From a virus, in UHGV virus genome UHGV-0036384: 64,000 nt of DNA. One strand, written 5' to 3'. Each line of letters starts with the position of its first letter. Position 1 is the first letter of the stretch. Positions 32,186 to 42,365 of the stretch are shown here, in pieces. Made by a program: the position numbers and the translations under genes. The notes under the pieces were generated by a model, which had not been told where the DNA came from, made no database searches, and saw only the letters and a list, made by a program, of their open reading frames with translations.

Positions 32186-32764
32186 ATGTTGCGCTTTACT
32201 GAGGAAGAGTTTCAGGCTTTTAGTGAGCGTCGAAATAAGGGGCGGTCCAGGCCAAAAACCAAAAAGGATCCATTCTTATCGCTTGCGCCGGTAAAAGAAG
32301 TTTCTCCACATGCGAAGGCACTTGCAGCACTTGCAAAGAACCCAGACCTGCGCGACGGAAATTGCGAGCACTTCGAGCAGGTTTTCATTTTTGATTACTT
32401 CGAACGCAAGCACCCTGACATCTATGAGCTGTTGCATGCAACGCCTAACGGAGGGAAACGTTCAAAAGCAACCGCCGGGAAAATGAAGGCTGAAGGGCAG
32501 AAAAAAGGTTATCCGGACATGAGTCTCGATAAAGCATGCGGTATTTATCACGGCATGCGAATTGAGCTTAAAGAACCAAATGGTAAAGCCCCGACGAAAG
32601 AGCAGATCGCCTGGATGCGCAGGCTTAGAGAGGAAGGTTACTACGTCGTTCTTGCGTACGGTGCAGAACAAGCGATTACCGCCATCCTGGAATACATAAG
32701 TCTTAAAAAGGGTGAGGCTATTGAGCATGTATTGAACGGCGATAAGTGGTTGCATGCTGCTTAA
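32186..32764 (+). CDS. VRR-NUC domain nuclease
   Basis: 192 aa; PD-(D/E)xK-like core KGYPDMSL ... MRIELKEP. Confidence 0.5.
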   Translation: MLRFTEEEFQAFSERRNKGRSRPKTKKDPFLSLAPVKEVSPHAKALAALAKNPDLRDGNCEHFEQVFIFDYFERKHPDIYELLHATPNGGKRSKATAGKMKAEGQKKGYPDMSLDKACGIYHGMRIELKEPNGKAPTKEQIAWMRRLREEGYYVVLAYGAEQAITAILEYISLKKGEAIEHVLNGDKWLHAA

Positions 32765-32830
32765 AATAATAAATTAATTAGTGCATGTGCGCTCTTTGTG
32801 GTAGTGCACTTTAACATCGGGAGAATAATC

Positions 32831-32986
32831 GTGTCATCCAAGGTTAATTATGAGTCGCTGGCATCGGTCATGCCGCGTAATGAACAGGAAACAGATGCTG
32901 TAGTGGACCCTGTAATCGCTGAAATGAATGCTCGCCTGGAGGCTGAATTTGCAGCTGAGAATGAACATACCACCCAGGGCGACTAG
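32831..32986 (+). CDS. small acidic protein
   Basis: GTG start after gggaga RBS. Confidence 0.3.
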   Translation: MSSKVNYESLASVMPRNEQETDAVVDPVIAEMNARLEAEFAAENEHTTQGD

Positions 32987-33590
32987 GACTGTTTTTTGTG
33001 TCGGTAGCGGTCCGTCACTCACTCGTGAGGACTGTGCTGCTATAGAAAAAACTGGCTGTTCAATCATCGCGGTTAACAATTCCTGGCAGATGTTCGATGA
33101 CATTTATGCCTTATACGCCGGTGATTTGTCATGGTGGAAGCAATACGGTTCCACCATACCGGGAGGGAGGTTCCGCAAAGTGACAGCCAACCTGGCGGCG
33201 GCGAAATCATTTTCGTTGGAGTACAGGCGATATTGTGGACCGGCGGAAGGGGTAAATAGCGGCGCGCAGGCTATCAGTCTGGCTGCTGAATCAGGGGCTG
33301 AAGTAGTGGTATTAGTCGGCTATGACTGTTCTCTGCAAAACGGCCTTCATTGGCATGGCGCGCACCCTCAAGCCCTACGGAATCCAACGCAGGTGTCTAT
33401 TTCAAAATGGCAACAGCAGTTCCTGGATACCCGCAAAAAACACGCAGATTTACATATTTTGAATGCAAGTAGGAGCAGTGCAATTCAATGTTTCCCAAGA
33501 ATAAATTTAGAGGCAGTGATCGCGTTATTATCGTCGGCAGTGGCCCAAGCGCCGCAAACTTTGTTGCGCCGCGCGGAGTGCCGATTATAG
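32961..33590 (+). CDS. GT42/DUF115-like Rossmann protein (glycosyltransferase-like), paralog 1
   Basis: N-terminal VGSGPS ... IIAVNN and LVGYD motifs resembling sialyltransferase-type GNGPS / SGID signatures; start uncertain. Confidence 0.4.
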   Translation: MNIPPRATRTVFCVGSGPSLTREDCAAIEKTGCSIIAVNNSWQMFDDIYALYAGDLSWWKQYGSTIPGGRFRKVTANLAAAKSFSLEYRRYCGPAEGVNSGAQAISLAAESGAEVVVLVGYDCSLQNGLHWHGAHPQALRNPTQVSISKWQQQFLDTRKKHADLHILNASRSSAIQCFPRINLEAVIALLSSAVAQAPQTLLRRAECRL

Positions 33591-34114
33591 CGGTCAATGG
33601 GGCCATCGACTGGCTGAACCGCGCTTCTTATTTTTTCACCCTTGATCCATCCCCAGACAATATGCGGCGCGTTGGTCGTGGCCGCCGTCGCCGTGGTGTT
33701 TGTTATTGCATGGCACTACCCGATGTTAAAGAACGTGAAGTCAGAGATGGCGTTCTGTGCTTCCGTCGTGTGGCTGAACGCGGCATGGAGCCAAAAAATA
33801 CGAATTCTCCCGAGTGGTGGGCGTGGCGCTGGTCCGCACATTTCGGCCTTTGCGAAGATGAGAATGAAATTGCCAGCGGCAATAGTGCATATGGTGCTCT
33901 GAACCTGGCTTTCCATATCGGATTCAAACATGTAGCTCTGGTGGGCGTTGACGCTACGCAAGAACTACGCGTTCACTCCGGCGGCACGCCAAAAAATCTA
34001 AGTCACCTGCCTTTGTTATTCCAGTCTGCGCGTGAACAGATTGACGTTGTTTCATGCGGGAAAATGGGAGGTATTCCGCAGATGACTCTTAAAGAATGGC
34101 TGAAGAATACATGA
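33488..34114 (+). CDS. GT42/DUF115-like Rossmann protein, paralog 2
   Basis: IIVGSGPS ... IIAVNG ... HVALVGVD; AGGAG RBS 12 nt upstream of ATG. Confidence 0.45.
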   Translation: MFPKNKFRGSDRVIIVGSGPSAANFVAPRGVPIIAVNGAIDWLNRASYFFTLDPSPDNMRRVGRGRRRRGVCYCMALPDVKEREVRDGVLCFRRVAERGMEPKNTNSPEWWAWRWSAHFGLCEDENEIASGNSAYGALNLAFHIGFKHVALVGVDATQELRVHSGGTPKNLSHLPLLFQSAREQIDVVSCGKMGGIPQMTLKEWLKNT

Positions 34115-34788
34115 TGGCACCCACAATTTATCACCGTATCGACGGTACCAAATACAGGAATGTCTGGGTTGTTGGTGATCTGCATGGTTGCTACACCAGA
34201 CTGATGTCCGAACTCCATCGTGTGGATTTTGACCCGGCGCAGGATTTACTGATATCGGTCGGCGACCTTATCGATCGCGGTACTGAAAATGTCGAATGTC
34301 TGGAACTATTGCAGATGCCCTGGTTCAGGGCAGTGATGGGGAACCATGAGCGGTTGATGCTCGATGCGTTAAGTCCTGATGGCAACGTGAATAACTGGCT
34401 AATGAATGGCGGACAATGGTTCTTCATGCTGGACACTGATCAGGAAATATTAGCCAGGGCGCTGGTGGAGCTGGTAAAGCGTCTGCCCTATATCATTGAG
34501 TTGAACACCGGGCAAGAAACTATCGTTATAGCCCATGCCGACTATCCGGATAATGAATACCAATTCGGTAAGGAGGTGCCGCTTTTCAACGTTGTCTGGG
34601 CGCGCGAGCGTATCAGTGATTCGATGGATGATATTGGTGGCGAAATTTCGGGCGCAGATCGTTTTATCTTTGGTCACACTCCGGTGAAAAGCCCGAAGAC
34701 ATTCTGGAATCAGCAGTATATCGACACTGGTGCCGTATTTTGCGGAAACCTGACATTGATGAAAGTGAAAGGTGATGGTGCAGCATGA
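34096..34788 (+). CDS. ppp: Ppp serine/threonine protein phosphatase (lambda PPase family)
   Basis: 230 aa; metallophosphatase motifs GDLHG, GDLIDRG, GNHE. Confidence 0.8.
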   Translation: MAEEYMMAPTIYHRIDGTKYRNVWVVGDLHGCYTRLMSELHRVDFDPAQDLLISVGDLIDRGTENVECLELLQMPWFRAVMGNHERLMLDALSPDGNVNNWLMNGGQWFFMLDTDQEILARALVELVKRLPYIIELNTGQETIVIAHADYPDNEYQFGKEVPLFNVVWARERISDSMDDIGGEISGADRFIFGHTPVKSPKTFWNQQYIDTGAVFCGNLTLMKVKGDGAA

Positions 34789-35486
34789 AGATTGCTTTAG
34801 TTCTTCGCTCTGGTGGTGACTATAACGCTTCCGATGTGCAGTGGCTGGTTAATCAACTGCCAAAAGACTATGAAATTATTTGCCTGACAGACCTGAAGTG
34901 TTTACATGTACCTGGCGTCAAAGTTATCCCATTGATCAACCAGTGGCAAAAGTGCCGTGGCTGGTGGGCGAAAATCGAGTTGTTCCGACCGGATATAACC
35001 GATGATCTGTTCTATCTGGATTTGGACACGGTTATTGCCGGTGATATACGCCCAATCCTAGAGCATCCACCAACCAGCTTCACCATGCTTAGGGATTTTT
35101 ACCATCCACAATATCGTGGTAGCGGTGCCCTGTGGATACCAAATAGTGTTAAAGCGCATATCTGGAGTTCATTCTGGCAAGATCCGGAAGGTTGGATTTC
35201 TCGTTGTGTCACTACTGAGTGCTGGGGTGACCAGGGGTTCTTACGAAAGGTTATGGGCGATGATACACCAGCATTTCAGGATCTGTATCCAGGATGGTTT
35301 GTAAGTTACAAGGCCGATGTTGTGGAACCTGGTTCAAAATATGCGAGCGCGCGTTACTCCAGGGGGAATGGGGCATTACCAAAAGACTGCCGAATAATCT
35401 TTTTCCACGGCAAACCGCGACCTCGCGAAGTGTCAGAGGATTGGCTCCCCCTTATCAGCTCATTTTTTGAGCGAGAATCAGAATAA
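34785..35486 (+). CDS. GT-A-like glycosyltransferase candidate
   Basis: 233 aa; DxD-type motif FYLDLDTVI after Rossmann-like N-terminus. Confidence 0.4.
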   Translation: MKIALVLRSGGDYNASDVQWLVNQLPKDYEIICLTDLKCLHVPGVKVIPLINQWQKCRGWWAKIELFRPDITDDLFYLDLDTVIAGDIRPILEHPPTSFTMLRDFYHPQYRGSGALWIPNSVKAHIWSSFWQDPEGWISRCVTTECWGDQGFLRKVMGDDTPAFQDLYPGWFVSYKADVVEPGSKYASARYSRGNGALPKDCRIIFFHGKPRPREVSEDWLPLISSFFERESE

Positions 35487-35487
35487 T

Positions 35488-35555
35488 ATTGCTCTAATAA
35501 TTCCATATTTTTAAAACGTGATGTACACTCATCACGTTTTTTATTAGAGCAATCT
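35488..35555. promoter_or_regulatory. pair of inverted C1 operator-like sites bracketing a terminator hairpin
   Basis: attgctctaataattcc (35488-35504), hairpin aaaacgtgatg-tacactc-atcacgtttt (35513-35540), inverted ttattagagcaat (35541-35553). Confidence 0.5.
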
Positions 35556-35567
35556 ACAAGGTGCACT

Positions 35568-35786
35568 ATGTGGCCATTCCGACGGAAATATCACTACTGG
35601 CTGATCGCCTTTGTTACGCCGACCGGCGGTATCAGGCATGTCATCACCAGGTATCGCAACAAGAGACTCACCTTAGCCAGAATTTTACAGGCTGCCATAG
35701 GTGAGGGACTGGATACAAATTGCGTAGTCCTTCCTCCTTCATACTTAGGAAAAATGACCGAAGCACAAGCTAATACGGAACTTTGA
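35568..35786 (+). CDS. small hypothetical protein
   Basis: 72-aa ORF. Confidence 0.35.
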   Translation: MWPFRRKYHYWLIAFVTPTGGIRHVITRYRNKRLTLARILQAAIGEGLDTNCVVLPPSYLGKMTEAQANTEL

Positions 35787-35787
35787 A

Positions 35788-37050
35788 ATGATCACTTCAG
35801 CACAAAACCAATCAATCGAAAATGTATCTATCCCTGACGTCCTGAATGCCGGTATCCCGGCCATTATCCAGAACATCCGGGCCGCGCAACGCCGCGTTAG
35901 TTGTGATGACCTCACAGCGCGTTTTTTTGATAATGCGGTTCAGTCAGCGGAGATGCTTCACGCACAGCTTATTGATGTTTATAACGCAGAAGCTGATAGC
36001 CATAACTCCCTGGTAGATGCAGCTGAAAATATGCAGTTGGATCTCGGTCTGAAGGGTAAAGAAATTGAAGAGCTTCAGCTACAAATTGAACATTTGAAAC
36101 GCCAGCAACAGGACGCGATCGACAATGCGACGCATGACGCCAACCAGCGTGCTGATAATGCCGAACGTATAAGCATTGAGCTGGAAACAAAACTCAATGA
36201 AATGACCGCGATGGTTGAACTGCGGAACTCACAGATTTCAACGCTAAAATCTCAATATAAAGAGATCATGAAACTTGATCCTTTTAACCTTGAGAAACGC
36301 TATAACAAAGCTAAAAGCGAGCGACAGGAACTGCGTAAGCAGGTCGCCGACCTTAACCAACAGCTCAAAAAAACTATTAAAGATGCAAGCGAAGCGCGCG
36401 TGGCATTTGCTAATAAAAAAGCAGAGGTTACCGCGCTGGTTAATGAGAATGCCAAATTTGCGACGCTCAAGAAGGAAATGTATGGCATTACTGAGCGCCG
36501 TTTCCCTGCAAGCAAACTTCATCCGACGTTAGGGCAAATCTCCTTCTTCCCGCGCCTCCTGGCTTATGGGATCTCATCGCCTAAAGAGTTCAATAACGAG
36601 CGTCCTTATATCGTTTCTAAGCTGGACTTTGCTTATCAGTTCTGCTGCGACATGGGCTATGCCATTGATATCCGAATCAACGAATGGTTGATGCCAAACT
36701 TCCAGCCGTTGGCAATTTTCCGCGAGTTCCAGCCGGAAGGTTGGGTAGAGTTCTTCCATGAATTGATCTGTAAAGAGATGGAAAGCCGCCGCCCGGAATT
36801 GGTCCGTCGAGTTGAGTGGGCGCAAGAGGTTATGTTGGCAGATGCAGAGCTGCCGTTCGAACCGGAATTCATTGATGATCTGGCAACTAAAGGGTTGCAT
36901 ACCCTGTTTGATGTGGTTACCCGCCGTCATGAGCAGTTGGTTGTCGAATTGGGTTTAGAGGAAACAGCGGCAAGAAGACTTCTCGATGTTTGCTATGCAC
37001 GTAGCGATGCATGGGAAAAAGAGAACGGCGGCACTATTTACGTCCGCTGA
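35788..37050 (+). CDS. coiled-coil protein
   Basis: 420 aa with long heptad-like charged stretch. Confidence 0.5.
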   Translation: MITSAQNQSIENVSIPDVLNAGIPAIIQNIRAAQRRVSCDDLTARFFDNAVQSAEMLHAQLIDVYNAEADSHNSLVDAAENMQLDLGLKGKEIEELQLQIEHLKRQQQDAIDNATHDANQRADNAERISIELETKLNEMTAMVELRNSQISTLKSQYKEIMKLDPFNLEKRYNKAKSERQELRKQVADLNQQLKKTIKDASEARVAFANKKAEVTALVNENAKFATLKKEMYGITERRFPASKLHPTLGQISFFPRLLAYGISSPKEFNNERPYIVSKLDFAYQFCCDMGYAIDIRINEWLMPNFQPLAIFREFQPEGWVEFFHELICKEMESRRPELVRRVEWAQEVMLADAELPFEPEFIDDLATKGLHTLFDVVTRRHEQLVVELGLEETAARRLLDVCYARSDAWEKENGGTIYVR

Positions 37051-37122
37051 TAGTTACAGCGTCACTTTTAATGCTGGTGGAGTGCGCCCACCAGCATTTT
37101 TTTCGTCCAATGAGGAGGGCAT

Positions 37123-37629
37123 TTGAGTATTTTCAATAAACACGCACACCAGGAACGTCCGTATATCGTCATAGTCGATATTGATGGAACAATATCAGAG
37201 GCAACTGAAGACAGACTGCATTTGCTTCCGCCACCAGGTAAAGGTGCATTAACAAAGGACTGGAACGAGTTTAATCTCGCCTGTGACACCGATACTCCCA
37301 TCACTCCGGTTATTGATATGGTGCGCCAGTTATTTAACGTTTACACGGTCTGGTTTGTAACCGGGCGCTGTGAGATCGCAAGGGATAAAACACGAGCCTG
37401 GCTGCGGAAGTACGTAACAAACGGGGCTGAGCCTTTGCTATCTATGCGTCCTGCCACCGATGACAGAAATGACGGTCCAGCAAAGATTGATCTCCTGAAG
37501 AAAATTGGTCTAAGTAAAATTGCGTTCGCGCTGGAAGATAAGATTGAAGTGGCGCGTGTTTTCAGGAGTCACGGCGTACTTACGTTAATGGTCAGGGAGT
37601 ATGAAAACGCGCTTCTCCACCAACAATAA
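37123..37629 (+). CDS. HAD-like phosphatase
   Basis: 168 aa; DxDGT motif VIVDIDGTI near N-terminus. Confidence 0.5.
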   Translation: MSIFNKHAHQERPYIVIVDIDGTISEATEDRLHLLPPPGKGALTKDWNEFNLACDTDTPITPVIDMVRQLFNVYTVWFVTGRCEIARDKTRAWLRKYVTNGAEPLLSMRPATDDRNDGPAKIDLLKKIGLSKIAFALEDKIEVARVFRSHGVLTLMVREYENALLHQQ

Positions 37630-37646
37630 TTGCTCTAATAAATATT
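37629..37646 (+). promoter_or_regulatory. C1 operator-like site
   Basis: attgctctaataaatatt. Confidence 0.45.
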
Positions 37647-37727
37647 GATTTTTAAAACAGAGAAAGTGAAAATAAAAACATGCCGCAAGGCGCGGCATGT
37701 ATCCAATCAATCACAGGAGCTGAAAAT

Positions 37728-37814
37728 ATGAACACGGCATTCAAAATCATTATGGCCGCGATCTATTTCTGGCTGTTCTCTATCACTTTTGGCGGCATCG
37801 TCGCGCATGGGTAA
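37728..37814 (+). CDS. 28-aa hydrophobic peptide
   Basis: MNTAFKIIMAAIYFWLFSITFGGIVAHG; RBS caggagc 8 nt upstream. Confidence 0.3.
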   Translation: MNTAFKIIMAAIYFWLFSITFGGIVAHG

Positions 37815-37823
37815 GGGGGATGC

Positions 37824-38552
37824 ATGAAAGGCGAAGTGAAAGAGCGCGGCATGATTTTCAACGATGAGATGGTCCGAGCCATCCTCGAAGGAAGGAAAAC
37901 GCAGACGCGGCGGATAATGAAAAATCAGCCTGCGGAAGTTGGTCCAGAAGCACCAGTGATGGTTAGGGAAATTGGTGCAGGTTTTCAGTGGTACGGGGCT
38001 GATGGTGTAAGCAGTGTTTTCAATTGCCCCTTTGGTATCGTCGGCGATCGAATTTGGGTTCGTGAAACATGGGCGATATTAGGCAATGAAGATGGTTGCA
38101 GTGTGGACTGGAACGACAACCTTTGTCGTGGCGATGAGAAGAACGCAGCAAGGATTTATCGGGCCAGTTGTGAGCAAAAGCCTGGTGATTACGGTTTATG
38201 GTCGATACCCGATGATGCCGACTGGAAACCTCACACTGTGAATGAAAAGTTTGATGGTGGGTGGCGTCCATCAATTCACATGCCGCGATGGGCATCACGC
38301 ATCCTGTTGGAAATTACCAACGTGCGCGTTGAGCGGTTGAACGATATCAGCGAATGCGATGCAAGGGATGAGGGCGTTCCGCCTGCTGGAAGTTTGCTTC
38401 CTGATCACCCGGGAACATTCCTTACTCCCAAGGGGGATTTCGCAATGGCCAAGGTTGCGTTCCAGCGTCTGTGGGAATCCATCTATGGTGAAGAAAGCTG
38501 GAACGCTAATCCCTGGGTGTGGGTAATCGAGTTTAAGCGCATTCAGGAATAA
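37824..38552 (+). CDS. hypothetical protein
   Basis: 242 aa; RBS taaggggga upstream. Confidence 0.5.
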   Translation: MKGEVKERGMIFNDEMVRAILEGRKTQTRRIMKNQPAEVGPEAPVMVREIGAGFQWYGADGVSSVFNCPFGIVGDRIWVRETWAILGNEDGCSVDWNDNLCRGDEKNAARIYRASCEQKPGDYGLWSIPDDADWKPHTVNEKFDGGWRPSIHMPRWASRILLEITNVRVERLNDISECDARDEGVPPAGSLLPDHPGTFLTPKGDFAMAKVAFQRLWESIYGEESWNANPWVWVIEFKRIQE

Positions 38553-38635
38553 ACCGTGAGTATGCATCAAATCGTCAGTTTTTCAGGTGGACGAGCATCG
38601 GCCTGTCTCGTTCATCTGTTCGAATAGGTAGTGGC

Positions 38636-38839
38636 ATGACAATCGTAAAAACCCATACCGGCACCGTGATCACCAAAGACGGTCCGCAGGTAAAAAAACT
38701 GCACCAAACAGAGCGGATGTGGGTCGTCGGCAAAAACGAGTTTTACCACAAAGAAACTGGACGCCGCCATTTTGCAGAAAATACGCGCCGCCGACTGCTG
38801 TTAGACACCATCAAGCCTATCGAGGTGAAGCATGTTTAA
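38636..38839 (+). CDS. small basic protein
   Basis: 67-aa ORF. Confidence 0.35.
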   Translation: MTIVKTHTGTVITKDGPQVKKLHQTERMWVVGKNEFYHKETGRRHFAENTRRRLLLDTIKPIEVKHV

Positions 38840-39071
38840 ACAGAACGAAAAGGCTATCGCTCAAATTGCTGATTATATCCCGCGTGCGTGCCGGGGTATG
38901 CAGTTGCAGGAAGCCAAAGCGCGCCTGGAGAAAAAAATTGCGCTCTATATTGATGACGGCTGTGATGCTGCTGTTCTTAACGCAGCGTTCGCGCCAGCTC
39001 TTAACAGTCATACGCGGGAGTCTTTTTTTTCGCGCATCGCAGCGCAGATCCGTAAAGGAGGCAACCAGTGA
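38832..39071 (+). CDS. small protein ending in QIRKGGNQ
   Basis: 79 aa; 3' end shares the aaaggaggcaaccagtgagc junction with next gene. Confidence 0.4.
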   Translation: MFKQNEKAIAQIADYIPRACRGMQLQEAKARLEKKIALYIDDGCDAAVLNAAFAPALNSHTRESFFSRIAAQIRKGGNQ

Positions 39072-39793
39072 GCGAAATTAACTATAAAGAACTGCGCGAG
39101 GCGGCGAAACAGGCAACGCAAGATGAATGGGTAGCATATATTTTGCCGGGTCATAACGGCATTTATCCTGCGCGCACGTCTGAGGGTAGGCATTGCGGAT
39201 ACTTTATTGACTGGCCTAGCGTCTGTCAGGGGCGGGAGAGCATCAACATGAGCATCAGAACCTACGCAGTGAATTGCAATGACGCATGGCTAAACACCGA
39301 AGGTGATGACATCTCCGGCTCATACGTTAAGTACAAAGACCATCAGGAAGTGGTTGCCGCTCTTGAGGCCAAGTGCGCGGCGCTGGCGGCGGAGAATGAG
39401 CTGGCTCGTAAGGCAGTTCAGGCATTCTGCGATGTTGTTGGCGACAACACCGAGGTTATCGCTGAGGAGGTTGGGCGAGATGGCGTTCTGGTTATTTTGG
39501 GGGCCATGAAGGCAACAGGAAATATTTCAGCCACCGATGCTTTTCTGGCTGAAATTCGTGCGGAAGCACGCAACGAGGGGATTAACTATACCGCCAGCCG
39601 TCTTGCTGCTGCGTTCAATCACGGATTTATCAATAAGTCTTTGCGTGAAGTTTTCGACGTTACGCGCATGATTCTGTCAGCGAAAGAAGAGTTGGCTAAT
39701 GAACCGTACCCGATTGATGGCCTGTCCGGTGAATATGCGGAGAAATCCCTTGAAGAATGGGCGGAACAGATTCGCAAAGGAGGCAACCAGTGA
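39068..39793 (+). CDS. Ead/Ea22-like protein, paralog 1
   Basis: GTG start; N-terminus SEINYKELREAAKQATQDEW; ends QIRKGGNQ. Confidence 0.5.
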   Translation: MSEINYKELREAAKQATQDEWVAYILPGHNGIYPARTSEGRHCGYFIDWPSVCQGRESINMSIRTYAVNCNDAWLNTEGDDISGSYVKYKDHQEVVAALEAKCAALAAENELARKAVQAFCDVVGDNTEVIAEEVGRDGVLVILGAMKATGNISATDAFLAEIRAEARNEGINYTASRLAAAFNHGFINKSLREVFDVTRMILSAKEELANEPYPIDGLSGEYAEKSLEEWAEQIRKGGNQ

Positions 39794-40488
39794 GCAAGAT
39801 TGACTATCAGGTACTGCGTGAAAAGGCAGAAAAAGCAACGTGTGGTGAGTGGTCTCTCGAATATGGAGAGAGCCGATTTGATGGTGATGATGCACTAATT
39901 CATCGTGAAGTTGCTGGATATATTCCCATTTGCAGAATTGAAGGAGCGCATCCAGAAAGCCGTTTCTATGAAGATTTCCAAATGGAGCAGCAGGCCAATG
40001 CTGAATTCATCGCCGCAGCCAATCCAGCTACCGTGCTGGCACTGCTGGATGAACGGGAAAGAAACCTGCAATACATCAAAAGCCGCGATCAGGAGAACGA
40101 GGATATTGCGCTTACGGTTGGGAAGCTGAGAGTTGAGCTTGAGGAGACAAAATCAAAACTCAACGAGCAGCGTGAGTATTACGAAGGTGTTATCTCGGAT
40201 GGGAGTAAGCGCATTGCTGAACTAGAGGAGCGGGAAATAAAACCAGCCAAAGGTGAAGTTCTGGTCGTTGTATCTGGTTTTACTGGTTGCGGAAAAAGCG
40301 CCATTGCCGGGGAAATAGAAATCGCGATGAAGGCTATTGGTGTACCGGTTAAGTGGACTAATGGCGATGCAGAAAAGCGCATGACTGGCGCTGACTGGCT
40401 GACTGCGATTGAGATGTACAAACCAACTGTGCGCATCGTGGAAGTTAATGTGCCACGCGCCCCTGGCATTCGCATCAAAGGAGAGTGA
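39790..40488 (+). CDS. Ead/Ea22-like protein, paralog 2
   Basis: GTG start overlapping previous stop (GTGA); N-terminus SKIDYQVLREKAEKATCGEW. Confidence 0.5.
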   Translation: MSKIDYQVLREKAEKATCGEWSLEYGESRFDGDDALIHREVAGYIPICRIEGAHPESRFYEDFQMEQQANAEFIAAANPATVLALLDERERNLQYIKSRDQENEDIALTVGKLRVELEETKSKLNEQREYYEGVISDGSKRIAELEEREIKPAKGEVLVVVSGFTGCGKSAIAGEIEIAMKAIGVPVKWTNGDAEKRMTGADWLTAIEMYKPTVRIVEVNVPRAPGIRIKGE

Positions 40489-40489
40489 T

Positions 40490-40699
40490 ATGGCTATCGC
40501 TGCAAGTTACACCATGCATCTCTATTGTGACTGCCGCCAGTGTACGGAAGGTGTATATCCAGTGCCAGACTTCGGTGAGTATATCGGTACGTCATGGTCT
40601 GGTTGTGCAAAAGAGGCCCGTAAAGACGGGTGGCGAATAAGTAAAGACAAAACACGTGCTTTTGCGCCCGGGCATAAAGTTTTGAGGATTAACAAATGA
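40490..40699 (+). CDS. small Cys-rich protein
   Basis: 69 aa from ATG 40490 with aaaggagag RBS; CDCRQC motif. Confidence 0.4.
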   Translation: MAIAASYTMHLYCDCRQCTEGVYPVPDFGEYIGTSWSGCAKEARKDGWRISKDKTRAFAPGHKVLRINK

Positions 40700-41871
40700 C
40701 CACTATTACCAAAGAACGTATCGAATTATTCATTAAAAATCCGCTTGATAACGGGCTTACCCGTGGCGAACAAATGGAACTGGCACGAATTGCACTGGCC
40801 TCGCTTGAGGCAGAGCCAGTTGGTGCATTCCACATTGCTGAACAGCAAGTTGACGGCACAAGTGACTACATCAAGGATGGAGAGTGGCCTATTGATAATG
40901 GGATTATTGAAGTCTACGCCGCTCCGCCAGTACCGGTAGTACCTGCTGCATTACCTGAGAACGACGATGAGGACGGGCATGACATTGATTATCTTGAGCC
41001 ATCTGAAGTTTACGCGCTTGGGCGAACAGCTGGATGGAACGCCTGCCGCGCCGCCATGCTTCAGTCCGGAAACTTTCGGGAAAACAAGAATTCGTCAACC
41101 AATAATTTTCGGGAAATCGCGGAAACGTCAACCAACTATCCGGTAATTCCTAGTGAGGTGTTGTCCGCAATCCTGAAGGTTGCCAAGATTCGTGCCGATT
41201 TCGATGATTTTGACGGTGACAGGCGAGGTATCGGTGATTGTCTGGATGAGGCTGAGCAAGAGCTTATCGTTACCATTAACAAATATGCCAGTCAGTTGGC
41301 AGCAGAACCGATAGCGACTAATGACGTTCGAGAGCAAACAGCCGTTCCGCCAATACAGGCTGATGTCGCGCAAGCAATTGAAAATCTCAAGCAGAAGTTA
41401 GTGGAATGCAATCGCTATAACTACTGCGCAGATGCAGTGAAGAACGTAGAGGATGCCTGCCGTGCTGTTAGCTATAGCCAAGCCGACAATCAGCCAGCAT
41501 CTGGCAACCAGGCTGCCGAATCCAATCGCGGTAATGAGTGGACTGGCAATCCTGATATTGATAACGCCATCATCATGCTCGACCGCATAGATACGCTGGA
41601 AAATTGCGATGATGACCGTATTGAGGCTGTTAAGGCTGTTTTGCGTAGACTGGCTGGCAACTCTCCGGTAACTCCGGATAGTTGGATAAGCTGTAGTGAG
41701 CGAATGCCCGCTCAAGATGATTGGATTTTAATTTATTCAAAGCACGGCGAGTATATGGCAGGCCAGGTGCAAGGGGAATACGTGGAGTTGAGCGACGGCA
41801 CTTTATCGTGGTTAGGGAACGCCTTGTTCTGGATGCCGCTACCAGAACCGCCGCAGGAGGTGAATCAATGA
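40696..41871 (+). CDS. hypothetical protein with DUF551-like C-terminus
   Basis: 391-aa ORF; C-terminal DSWISCSERMP...WMPLPEPP. Confidence 0.5.
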   Translation: MTTITKERIELFIKNPLDNGLTRGEQMELARIALASLEAEPVGAFHIAEQQVDGTSDYIKDGEWPIDNGIIEVYAAPPVPVVPAALPENDDEDGHDIDYLEPSEVYALGRTAGWNACRAAMLQSGNFRENKNSSTNNFREIAETSTNYPVIPSEVLSAILKVAKIRADFDDFDGDRRGIGDCLDEAEQELIVTINKYASQLAAEPIATNDVREQTAVPPIQADVAQAIENLKQKLVECNRYNYCADAVKNVEDACRAVSYSQADNQPASGNQAAESNRGNEWTGNPDIDNAIIMLDRIDTLENCDDDRIEAVKAVLRRLAGNSPVTPDSWISCSERMPAQDDWILIYSKHGEYMAGQVQGEYVELSDGTLSWLGNALFWMPLPEPPQEVNQ

Positions 41872-41951
41872 GCTGGCCTGAAGCATTCACCACGGTAGGA
41901 ATTGTGATGGCGGCAGCACTGGGTTTGTATTCAATTTGTCGCTGGTGGTAA
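41868..41951 (+). CDS. 27-aa hydrophobic peptide, translationally coupled
   Basis: MSWPEAFTTVGIVMAAALGLYSICRWW; ATG overlaps upstream stop (ATGA); gcaggagg RBS. Confidence 0.3.
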   Translation: MSWPEAFTTVGIVMAAALGLYSICRWW

Positions 41952-42187
41952 CGATGGGAAAAATAACTTTTGTAGTCGAATTTGAGGATGGCAAAGAGCC
42001 ACCTGTTAGCGCCAATCTTGATGTTGCTGGTGGCAGGCTTGTTTCGGTTCTATTTGGTGACTACCGAGATGACTTCTTCCAACCAGAAGAAGTTGATGTA
42101 GTGCGAGAGGCATTAAACGAGTTAAGTGTTGATAACGATGATGCTCATGCGGAAATCATCCAAAAAATGGAACTGCTAACTCACTAA
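41936..42187 (+). CDS. small acidic protein
   Basis: 83-aa ORF. Confidence 0.4.
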   Translation: MSLVVTMGKITFVVEFEDGKEPPVSANLDVAGGRLVSVLFGDYRDDFFQPEEVDVVREALNELSVDNDDAHAEIIQKMELLTH

Positions 42188-42235
42188 ATTATCAATTATG
42201 GTGCTATCACCTACGACACCGAGAGAAAATTTATA

Positions 42236-42358
42236 ATGTCAAAAGTAAATGTTTTGATTTTTTCAGCAATTGTTGGCTTTGGTTTTACTGCCGGAGTGCA
42301 GATTTATATTACGTGGGAAAAAATCATCAACTACGCATGGAGTTGTTTTATTAAGTGA
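42236..42358 (+). CDS. 40-aa membrane peptide
   Basis: MSKVNVLIFSAIVGFGFTAGVQIYITWEKIINYAWSCFIK in AT-rich island. Confidence 0.3.
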   Translation: MSKVNVLIFSAIVGFGFTAGVQIYITWEKIINYAWSCFIK

Positions 42359-42365
42359 GGTAAGT

